Shown here: positions 24,801-36,800 of the stretch, one piece after another
Numbering within the stretch: position 1 is the first letter of the stretch
How the letters are laid out: the number at the start of each line of letters is the position of its first letter
DNA from: Macrostomum hystrix
Lineage: Eukaryota; Animalia; Platyhelminthes
DNA length: 64,000 bases
Direction: 5' to 3'
NCBI GenBank assembly: GCA_950097015.1
Contig: CATNEN010000002.1
Coordinates: 1,674,001-1,738,000, forward strand
Notes under the pieces: generated by a model
Told to the model about the DNA's origin: nothing
The model's input: only the letters and a program-made list of their open reading frames with translations
Databases searched by the model: none
Position numbers and translations under genes: made by a program

Positions 24801-27800
24801 CAAAGAAGTTTTACCAAACTCCGTATTTTTTTGGAATAAATGGGGTGCTGTACTGTTTTTAACGCGCTGTTTTGCTTGCCCAAATTGCTCACCTTCAGAA
24901 AAGCTGTCCAATCGCGCTGCTTAGAATTCATTCGCGCCTCCAGTCCAATAATGGGCGGCACCAATTTATCGGCCTACCTGTCCTACCTGGCCAGACTGCG
25001 CGAGTTCGGACCGCACGCCTTGCTAATCATCTCAGATGGTCACTACGAGGCTAAGGAGGCCGCTCTGGCTCTGGCTTCGACCGGCGCCAATAAACAGCTT
25101 CGCCTCCTGGCCTGCTCGGTGGGACCTTCGCCCGATCGGCACCGGCTTCGAGCCCTGGCCTCAGCGGCCGGCGCAGGAGGCTCCGTTGAATTCTTTGACC
25201 CAGCCCGACAATCTAGATGGCCTAGTCTAGCCGACGATCTAGTAGCCAGGCTGAACTCTCCGGCCCTGACTGACCTCAGCGTTGAATGGCATCTGGACGA
25301 GGACGATCGAAGCGAAGACGGTGGCAACGATTCGGCTGTTCGCCAAGCTCCGGCTTGCCCGTCGGCGCTTTTCAACGGCCAGCGGCTGATTGTGTACGGC
25401 CTGATGCCGCGCGAAGGTCGCGGCTGCCAGCGGGCGACGCTGCACGCCAAGGCTGGCGACTGCAGGATCAGCTGCACCGTCTTCACCAGCGAGCTGTGCT
25501 TCACCACCGGCTCACTGGTGCACGCCCTGGCTGCCAGGAGCCTCATTGCTGACTGGGAGGCCGGCAGTCTGGATACTGACCCAGCACTGCATCAGGTTTG
25601 GCGCAGCTTTTTGTGTCTTTTTTTCGTTTTTATGGTCTCTTTGTTTGATTGGTTGATGGCGTCTTTGATAGATTTTTATAGTCTTTGTTTGATTTACTTT
25701 GTTTGTTTGATTTGATTTAGTATCTTTGTTTCTATGATAGTGTCTATTTTTCGATTGTTTTACATTGTCTTTGTTTGATTGCTTGTTAGTGTCTTTGTTT
25801 GATTGCTTGATGGCGTCTTTGTTTGATTGTGTAATAGTGTCTTAGATTGATTGCTTGATACTGTCTTTGTTTCTATTTTTGGAAATAGCTTAGTTTTTTA
25901 TGAATGTCCTAAGTACATTTTTTCAAATTGTCTTTGGTAGTGTCTTTGTTTGTTTCTCTGATAGAGTCTTTGTTCGATTGCTTGATGTGTCTTTGTTTGT
26001 TTCTCTGATAGAGTCTTTGTTCGATTGTTTGATAGTGTCTTTGTTTGTTTCTCTGATAGAGTCTTTGTTCGATTGTTTGATGTGTCTTTGTTTGTTTCTC
26101 TGATAGAGTCTTTGTTCGATTGTTTGATGTGTCTTTGTTTGTTTCTCTGATAGAGTCTTTGTTCGATTGTTTGATAGTGTCTTTGTTTGTTTCTCTGATA
26201 GAGTCTTTGTTCGATTGTTTGATGTGTCTTTGTTTGTTTCTCTGATAGAGTCTTTGTTCGATTGTTTAATGTGTCTTTGTTTGTTTCTCTGATAGTGTCT
26301 TTCTTCGATTGTTTGATAGTGTCTTTGTTCTTCTATGTTTTTAACATTTCAAGAATCTGCTGAAATTTCAGATGAAGCGGTTGGAGCAGAAGGCGGATCT
26401 GGTTCAGCTGTCAATCCGCTATTCTGTGGCCTGCCAGTTCACCAGCTTTGTGGCCATAGAAGATCGGGAAAAGGACGAGAAGTTCGAGTCAGATCTGACA
26501 GCCAGACTGCGGAGTCTACTAGAGGAGGCGTCTGTTGACATCCTAACTAGCCAGGGCTGGGAGCCAGTCACTGGGGCCGAAGACGGTTTGGTGAGTTTGG
26601 TGACACCCCGACAAGAATCGTTGAATGTCTTGACGACGCCGATGTTTTGTGATCCTGGACGGTGTTTTTTTCGAATAGAGCGGAAAATTTTAGCCCATGT
26701 TCTGGATTTCTGGATTTCTTAGAAAGGCTCGAATCTGATCCTGTAGGCCAGCATTCGTGAGAAAATCGCGGACTCCATCATCGAAGGTCAGCGACTGTCC
26801 AACGCTGGCCGCGGCGAGGAGGCTCTTCGACTTTTCGACGACCTGAAGGCCTCACTATTGCTAGCTGGCATGCATGAGATGCACCCGGTGGCCCTGTCTG
26901 TTTCAGCCAATCAGAAGGCGGCTAAGATGCGATTTTCGGCCGCTAAGGGTAAGCTGAGCTTGTGTCTTCGTTTTTTTGCTTTAGCTCGTGTCTTTGTTCT
27001 ATGCTGCTTTGCACTGTGTCTTTGTTCTTTATTCAGTTTTAACTTGTGTCCTCGTGCTGTCTTATAGGTTTTTTGGTGTCTTTGTTCTGTTCTGCTTTTC
27101 CTTGTGACCTTGTTCTGTTCTGCTTTTCGTTGTGTCTTTGTTCTGTTCAGCTTTTCCTTGGGTCTTTGTTCTTTCTTTTTTATCTCGTTTCTTTGTTTTG
27201 TTTTTGCTTTTCAACCGTCTTTGTTCTATTACGCTTTAGCTTGTCTTTGTTCTGTAATGCTTTGGATTGTGTCTTTGTTCTGTTATGCTTTAGATTGTGT
27301 CTTTGTTCTGTTATGCTTTGGATTGTGTCTTTGTTCTTTCTTTTTTATCTCGTGTCTTTGTTTTGTTTTTGCTTTTTCAACCGTCTTTGTGTTATTACGC
27401 TTTAGCTTGTCTTTGTTCTGTTCTGCTTTGTATTGTGTCTTTGTTCTTTTATGCTTTGGCTTGTGTCTTTGTTGTGTTGTACACCAATATCCCACTATTA
27501 ACTGTCATCCTATCACAGCTCTTCCTGCGACATTCAGCGTCCAAGTGAAGACTCTGACAGGCAAGCGGTTTTCCGTTGACTTGAAGCCGGACTTAACAAT
27601 TGAGCACATGAAGCAGGCCATCATGATGAAAGAGGGCATTCCAATTGAGCAAATTAGGCTAGTAGCCAACGGTCAGCAGCTTGAGAACGATTGGACAGTG
27701 GCTGGCGCTGGACTCAGTCCCGGCTGCTCTGTAAGCATTGTGCTGCGCCTTCGAGGTGGCGAGCTGGAGCCGATGGCTGAGGAGAAACCACCTGCTGAGC

Positions 27801-30800
27801 CTCGCAAACAAACCAGCTCTCGAAAATTTGGGTCCAAAAAAAGTAAGTGATTCCAATCTGCAGTTGGTCTCATTTGGCATATGGCACTCTTTAGAATCTC
27901 TAATGACACTCTTTAGAATCTCTAATGACACTCTTTAGAATCTCTGATGACACTCTTTAGAATCTCTAATGACACTCTTTAGAATCTCTAATGACACTCT
28001 TTAGAATCTCTAATGACACTCTTTAGAATCTCTAATGACACTCTTTAGAATCTCTAATGACACTCTTTAGAATCTCTAATGACACTCTTTAGAATCTCTA
28101 ATGACACTCTTTAGAATCTCTAATGACACTCTTTAGAATCTCTAATGACACTCTTTAGAATCTCTAATGACACTCTTTAGAATCTCTAATGACACTCTTT
28201 AGAATCTCTAATGACACTCTTTAGAATCTCTAATGACACTCTTTAGAATCTCTAATGACACTCTTTAGAATCTCTAATGACACTCTTTAGAATCTCTAAT
28301 GACACTCTTTAGAATCTCTAATGGCACTCTTTAGAATCTCTGATGACACTCTTTAGAATCTCTGATGACACTCTTTAGAATATCTGATGGCACTCTTTAG
28401 AATATCTGATGGCACTCTTTAGAATATCTGATGGCACTCTTTAGAATCTCTGATGGCACTCTTTAGAATCTCTAATGGCACTCTTTAGAATCTCTAATGA
28501 CACTCTTTAGAATCTCTGATGACACTCTTTAGAATATCTGATGGCACTCTTTAGAATATCTGATGGCACTCTTTAGAATCTCTGATGGCACTCTTAAGAC
28601 TATCTGATGACACTCTAAAGACTATCTGATGGCACTCTTTAGAATATCTGATGACACTCTTAAGACTATCTGATGACACTCTTTAGAATCTCTGATGACA
28701 CTCTTAAGACTATCTGATGACACTCTTTAGAATATCTGATGATACTCTTTAGAATCTCTGATGACACTCTAAAGACTATCTGATGACACTCTTTAGAATC
28801 TCTGATGACACTCTTAAGACTATCTGATGACACTCTTAAGACTATCTGATGACACTCTTTAGAATCTCTGATGACACTCTTAAGACTATCTGATGACACT
28901 CTTTAGAATCTCTGATGACACTCTTAAGACTATCTGATGACACTCTTTAGAATCTCTGATGACACTCTTAAGACTATCTGATGACACTCTTTAGAATATC
29001 TGATGACACTCTTAAGACTATCTGATGACACTCTTTAGAATCTCTAATGGCACTCTTTAGAATCTCTAATGACACTCTTTAGAATCTCTAATGGCACTCT
29101 TTAGAATCTCTGATGACACTCTTAAGACTATCTGATGACACTCTTTAGAATCTCTGATGACACTCTTAAGACTATCTGATGACACTCTTTAGAATCTCTG
29201 ATGACACTCTTAAGACTATCTGATGACACTCTTTAGAATCTCTGATGACACTCTTAAGACTATCTGATGACACTCTTTAGAATATCTGATGACACTCTTA
29301 AGACTATCTGATGACACTCTTTAGAATATCTGATGACACTCTTAAGACTATCTGATGACACTCTTTAGAATCTCTAATGGCACTCTTTAGAATCTCTAAT
29401 GACACTCTTTAGAATCTCTAATGACACACTTTAAAAGATCTAATGGCACTGTTTAGAATCTCTTGTAGTACTTTTTAGACATTATAATGGTACTTTTCTA
29501 GTCTCTATTTGGACTCTTGAGTATCTGTTTTGAAGTTTTGATACCTTTATTGCCATCAATGTTAATTTTGAATCTGCAATTCCCAGGCTCAAAGCCGCGC
29601 TGGGATCCACCGAAGCCAGAATCGATGGCCTCCTCAGCCTTCGAAAGCGAGTCAATGGAATCCGCACTAATTGTGGACTCAGGCTCGCTTCTGACTAAAG
29701 CCGCTGTGATTTCTAACCAGTCAAATGCGGCTGTCACCCTGCCCTCTGTTGTGGGCCGGCCCAGGCATCAAGGCGTTATGGTCGGCATGGGACAGAAGGA
29801 TGCCTACGTTGGACATGAAGCTGCCGGAGTTACACTTGGCTGTTAGTCTTGTCACTTTCTTTTCACTTTGTAGCTTCTGTCTTGTCACTCATATCTTCCT
29901 GTACTGTCACTCATTAGTTCCTATCTTGTCACTCATTAGTTCCTATCTTGTCACTCATTAGTTCCTATCTTGTCACTCATTAGTTCCTATCTTGTCACTC
30001 ATTAGTTCCTATCTTGTCACTCATTAGTTCCTGTCTAGTCACTCATTAGTTCCCGTCTTGTCACTCATTAGTTCCTGTCTAGTCACTCATTAGTTCCCGT
30101 CTTGTCACTCATTAGCTCCCGTCTTGTCACTCATTAGTTCCTATCTTGTCACTCATTAGTTCCCGTCTTGTCACTCATTAGTTCCTATCTTGTCACTCAT
30201 TAGTTCCCGTCTTGTCACTCATTAGTTCCTATCTTGTCACTCATTAGTTCCTATCTTGTCACTCATTAGTTCCTATCTTGTCACTCATTAGTTCCTATCT
30301 TGTCACTCATTAGTTCCTATCTTGTCACTCATTAGTTCCTATCTTGTCAATCATTAGTTCCTATCTTGTCACTCATTAGTTCCTATCTTGTCACTCATTA
30401 GTTCCTATCTTGTCACTCATTAGTTCCTATCTTGTCACTCATTAGTTCCCGTCTTGTCACTCATTAGCTCCCGTCTTGTCACTCATTAGTTCCTATCTTG
30501 TCACTCATTAGTTCCTATCTTGTCAATCATTAGTTCCTATCTTGTCACTCATTAGTTCCTATCTTGTCACTCATTTGTTCCTGTCTAGTGACTCATTAGC
30601 TGCCGTCTTGTCACTCATTAGTTCCTATCTTGTCACTCATTAGTTCCTCTCTAGTCACTCATTAGTTCCTATCTTGTCACTCATTAGTTCCTATCTTGTC
30701 ACTCATTAGTTCCTATCTTGTCACTCATTAGTTCCTGTCTAGTCACTCATTAGCTCCCGTCTTGTCACTCATTAGTTCCTGTCTTGTCACTCATTAGTTC

Positions 30801-33800
30801 CTCTCTAGTCACTCATTAGCTCCCGTCTTGTCACTCATTAGTTCCTATCTTGTCACTCATTAGTTCCTATCTTGTCACTCATTAGTTCCTATCTTGTCAC
30901 TCATTAGTTCCTATCTTGTCACTCATTAGTTCCTATCTTGTCACTCATTAGTTCCTATCTTGTCAATCATTAGTTCCTATCTTGTCACTCATTAGTTCCT
31001 ATCTTGTCACTCATTAGTTCCTATCTTGTCACTCATTAGTTCCCGGATATGACTGAAACAGTATCCTATCGTTTCTACTAATAGTAGCACATGGCGAATT
31101 AATCTTCCTCCAAATATTTTCGCATACGAAAAAAAAGTTGGAAAATTTAGTAGAAAATTTCGAAAATGATGCAAACAATATTTCCAAATTTAAGAGCAAC
31201 TAGACATGTTAAAAGTGAAATAATATTTTTCTGCAACCATAAGTCACGTGTACTACACGAAAAGAAAAAAAACCGCGTAAAAAGTGATGTTTACAAAACC
31301 GTGCGCCCAGGCGGCGGGAGGCGTATAGCAAGGGCGTATAGGAAAATTACTATGCGCCCAGGCGGCGGGAGGCGTATAGCAAGGGCGTATAGGAAAATCA
31401 CTATGCGCCCCGGCGCCGGCTGGGCGTATAGCGGGGCGCACGGCGCCCCACTCTGCGCCCCAAAAAGCTGTCCCACCGGGTATCTTGTCACTCATTAGTT
31501 CCTATCTTGTCACTCATTAGTTCCTATCTTGTCACTCATTAGTTCCTATCTTGTCACTCATTAGTTCCTATCTTGTCACTCATTAGTTCCTATCTTGTCA
31601 CTCATTAGTTCCTGTCTTGTCAGTCATCTTGTCACTCCTTACTTCCTGTCTTGTCACTCCTTAATTCCTGTCTTGTCACTCATTGCTTCTCGTCTTGGCA
31701 CCATTCACTATCTACTACTTTGTTATCGCTCTAAGCCTTGTCGTTTATTTTTTTCATGCACATTTATTAATTATATATCTCTTTCAAATTTCAGCCGTTC
31801 GACTTGAGCCGCAAGATCCAATGGTGATGGCAACTCGCCTCGATAAAACTGAAGCCAAAAGCCAGGCCCAAGAAACAGAAAACGAAGAGGAAGATGAAGA
31901 AGAATGTTTCTTAGACGGTAAATCTTACGGCTTTTTTTAATTGAACTTGGCTTTAACTACTCTGTCACCCCACCAACTGCTGTCACTCCACTACCTGCTG
32001 TGTCACTCCACTACCTGCTGTGTCACTCCACTACCTGCTGTGTCACTCCACAACCTCCTCTGTCACCCCACCAACTGCTGTCACTCCACTACCTCTTCTG
32101 TCACTCCATTACCTGCTGTCACTCCATTACCTGCTGTGTCACCCCACTTCCTGCTGTGTCACTCCACTACCTGCTGTGTCACTCCACAACCTCCTCTGTC
32201 ACCCCACCAACTGCTGTCACTCCACTACCTCTTCTGTCACTCCATTACCTGCTGTCACTCCATTACCTGCTGTGTCACCCCACTTCCTGCTGTGTCACTC
32301 CACTACCTGCTGTGTCACTCCACAACCTCCTCTGTCACCCCACCAACTGCTGTCACTCCACTACCTCTTCTGTCACTCCATTACCTGCTGTCACTCCATT
32401 ACCTGCTGTGTCACCCCACTTCCTGCTGTGTCACTCCACTACCTGCTGTGTCACTCCACAACCTCCTCTGTCACCCCACCAACTGCTGTCACTCCACTAC
32501 CTCTTCTGTCACTCCATTACCTGCTGTCACTCCACTACCTGCTGTCACTCCATTACCTGCTGTGTCACTCCATTACCTGCTGTGTCACCCCACTTCCTGC
32601 TGTGTCACTCCACTACCTGCTGTGTCACTCCACTACCTGCTGTGTCACTCCACTACCTGCTGTGTCACTCCACTACCTGCTGTGTCACTCCACTTCCTGC
32701 TGTGTCACTCCACTACCTGCTGTGTCACTCCACTACCTGCTGTGTCACTCCACTTCCTGCTGTGTCACTCCACTACCTGCTGTGTCACTCCACTACCTGC
32801 TGTGTCACTCCACTTCCTGCTGTGTCACTCCACTACCTGCTGTGTCACTCCACTTCCTGCTGTGTCACTCCACTACCTGCTGTGTCACTCCACTTCCTGC
32901 TGTGTCACTCCACTTCCTGCTGTGTCACTCCACTTCCTGCTGTGTCACTCCACTACCTGCTGTGTCACTCCACTACCTGCAGACAGACTTATTAAACAGA
33001 ATGATACTCTGGAATATGCCATCTGTAATTTATAAAATTTATAAATAAATATATTTATAGATTTATTCTCAGCATCACCTGAAGAGTGCTCGATGCAAAT
33101 CGGTGCTTCATTTCGCAATGCGCAAAAAGCATGTAAGTTCCGAGCAAAAAAACATGAATGTAAATATAATTGAACTGAAGTATGCCATATTTGCGCTGTG
33201 CGTGATTAGCAACAGCTAGATATTATATTAGTACATTTTACAAGCTTGCACTCTTCACACTCACCTATTATTAGCGCCTGATCGGGGCTGGACTGCGGAT
33301 TCGCTGGTCTTTCAGCAGTGCGAAAGCGATGGTGAGAATCATTTTAGCCACGCTCTTCTTATCTTTAGTATTCCACTCCGCTACCACCTGTCCCTATCAC
33401 ACCTGTCCATTTCACACCTGTCCATTTCACACCTGTCCATTTCACACCTGTCCATTTCACACCTGTCCATTTCACACCTGTCCCTCTCACACCAGTCCCT
33501 CTCACACCAGTCCCTCTCACACCAGTCCCTCTCACACCTGTCCATTGCACACCAGCCCAGCTCTCACACCTGTCAATTTCACGCCTGTCAATTTCACACC
33601 TGTCAATTTCACACCTGTCCCTCTCAAACTAGTCCCTCTCACACCAGTACCTCTCACACCAGTCCCTCTCACACCTGTCCCTCTCACACCAGTCCCTCTC
33701 ACACCTGTACCTCTAACAACAGTCCCTCTCACACCAGTCCCTCTCACACCTGTCCATTTCACGCCTGTCCCTCTCACACCTGTCCATTTCACGCCTGTCA

Positions 33801-36800
33801 CCATCACACCTGTCCATTTCACGCCTGTCACCATCACACCTGTCCATTTCACGCCCGTCACCGTCACACCTGTCCATTTCACGCCTGTCACCATCACACC
33901 TGTCCATTTCACGCCCGTCACTATCACACCTGTCCATTTCACGCCTGTCACCGTCACACCTGTCCATTTCACGCCCGTCACCATTACACCTGTCCATTTC
34001 ACGCCTGTCACCATCACACCTGTCCATTTCACGCCCGTCACCATCACACCTGTCCATTTCACGCCCGTCACCATCACACCTGTCCATTTCACGCCCGTCA
34101 CCATCACACCTGTCCATTTCACGCCCGTCACCATCACACCTGTCCATTGCACACCAGTCTCTTTCACACCTGTCACTCTCACACCTGTCACTCTCACACC
34201 TGTCCCTCTCACACCTGTCCCTTTCACACCTGTCACCATCACACCTGTCCATTTCACGCCTGTCACCATCACACCTGTCCATTTCACGCCCGTCACCATC
34301 ACACCTGTCCATTTCACGCCCGTCACCATCACACCTGTCCATTTCACGCCCGTCACCATCACACCTGTCCATTGCACACCAGTCCCTGTCATACCTATCC
34401 CTCTCACACCTGTCCATTCCACGCCTGTCACAATCACACCTGTCCCTCTAACACCAGTCCCTCTCACACCAGTCTCTTTCACACCTGCCACTCTCACACC
34501 TGTCACTCTCACACCTGTCCCTCTCACACCTGTCCCTCTCAAACCAGTCCCTCTCACACCTGTCCCTCTCAAACCAGTCCCTCTCACACCTGTCCCTCTC
34601 ACACCTGTCCCTCTCACACCTGTCCCTCTCACACCTGTCCCTCTCACACCTGTCACTCTCACACCTGTACTGTCCACACCTGTCACTCTCACACCTGTCC
34701 CTCTCACACCTGTCCCTCTCACACCTGTCCCTCTCACACCTGTCCCTCTCACACCTGTCCCTCTCAAACCAGTCCCTCTCACACCTGTCCCTCTCACACC
34801 TGTCCCTCTCACACCTGTCCCTCTCACACCTGTCCCTCTCACACCTGTCCCTCTCACACCTGTCCCTCTCACACCTGTCCCTCTCACACCTGTCCCTCTC
34901 ACACCTGTCCCTCTCACACCTGTCACTCTCACACCTGTACTGTCCACACCATTCCAGACATAGCCTACTCTGCCTTGGATAAAGGACTAGAGGAGGACGG
35001 GTTTTTATACTCACTTGGACCCACCGATTGTGCTCAGGACTCAGAAGGCGAATGTGAGCTAAAATGATTTACTTGTTCGAGTTTCATCTTTAGTTTCTTC
35101 CTCACATTTTATTAGCAACCGATAAAAGTACATTGCACATTGCTTCAGATGATGCCGAAAGGAATGTTGAATCTGAAATATCACTCTCTGCGGGTGTCAA
35201 TCAAATGCAGTGTAAGCGTCAAGAATTGAATTCTTATTTTGTAGCTCAAATTATTTATATTTTTTTTCTATGCATTTCATATGCTTAGCAGTACTCCGAC
35301 TGACGTCGCCTAGGGCAGATTATGCACAACAAATGACTTGTTAGTTCGTGTTTAAACATTTTATTAACTACACACCGTTGTTTTCAGACTTTTAACGTAC
35401 CAGTAAGTATGTAGCCCATTGACAGAAAAGGTAGTGGAGTGACACAGCAGGTAGTGGAGTGACACAGCAGGTAGTGGAGTGACACAGCAGGTAGTGGAGT
35501 GACACAGCAGGTAGTGGACTGACGCAGTAATTAGTGGAGTGACAGAGTAGATAAAATGTAATATACTTGCTTTTTCAATGCTGCTGATTTATTATGCAAT
35601 CAAATGTGAACCACGCAAACTTCCAGTCCTGGATCAACCGAAGGGATCAATTTCCGTGGCCGCTGACGAACTTCAAAGCCAACCACGGGGTAATTTCGAA
35701 AACTTTTTTTTGAATTTTATTTTTTATTATCCTCACCTTTCTTTGAAATTCACTACCTGCTGTGTTACTCCACACCCTCTCTGTCACTCCACCACGTCCT
35801 CTGTCACTCCACTTCCTGCTGTGTCACTCCACTACCTGCTGTGTCACTCCACTAACTACTGCATCACTCCACTACCTGCTGTGTCACTCCACTAACTACT
35901 GCATCACTCCACTACCTGCTGTGTCACTCCACTAACTACTGCATCACTCCACTACCTGCTGTGTCACTCCACTAACTATTGCATCACTCCACTACCTGCT
36001 GTGTCACTCCACTAACTACTGCATCACTCCACTACCTGCTGTGTCACTCCACTACCTGCTGTGTCACTCCACTACCTGCTGTGTCACTCCACTACCTGCT
36101 GTGTCACTCCACTACCTGCTGTGTCACTCCACTACCTGCTGTGTCACTCCACTACCTGCTGTGTCACTCCACTACCTGCTGTGTCACTCCACTACCTGCT
36201 GTGTCACTCCACTACCTGCTGTGTCACTCCACTACCTGCTGTGTCACTCCACTACCTGCTGTGTCACTCCACTAACTACTGCGTCACTCCACTACCTGCT
36301 GTGTCACTCCACTAACTACTGCATCACTCCACTACCTGCTGTGTCACTCCACTAACTACTGCATCACTCCACTACCTGCTGTGTCACTCCACTACCTGCT
36401 GTGTCACTCCACTACCTGCTGTGTCACTCCACTACCTGCTGTGTCACTCCACTACCTGCTGTGTCACTCCACTACCTGCTGTGTCACTCCACTACCTGCT
36501 GTGTCACTCCACTACCTGCTGTGTCACTCCACTACCTGCTGCATCACTCCACTAACTACTGCATCACTCCACAACCTCCTCTGTCACTCCACAACCTCCT
36601 CTGTCACTCCACAACCTGCTCTGACACTCCACAACCTGCTCTGTCACTCCACGCACCCCTCCTTTCTTGGTGACAGGATTATTCGAGTCTAAAATGAAAA
36701 GCAAAAAGAAGGAAAGCAACTTGCTTGAGGCAGACAGCAGCTCTGGAGATTTCGAAGACTCAGAAGACTCAGACGACTCAGAAGACTCAGAAGACTCAGA

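Noticed and set aside
29517-29846. A separate actin gene or processed actin pseudogene
   Set aside because: Only about 58 residues are present, with no further actin sequence in the window. It has in-phase splice sites and a non-actin leader, so it is better read as a PARP4 exon.
33329-34963. 544-aa mucin-like TPVPL ORF with a signal-peptide-like start
   Set aside because: It is a 15-bp intronic minisatellite; its ATG overlaps the donor of exon 20 and other frames are equally open.
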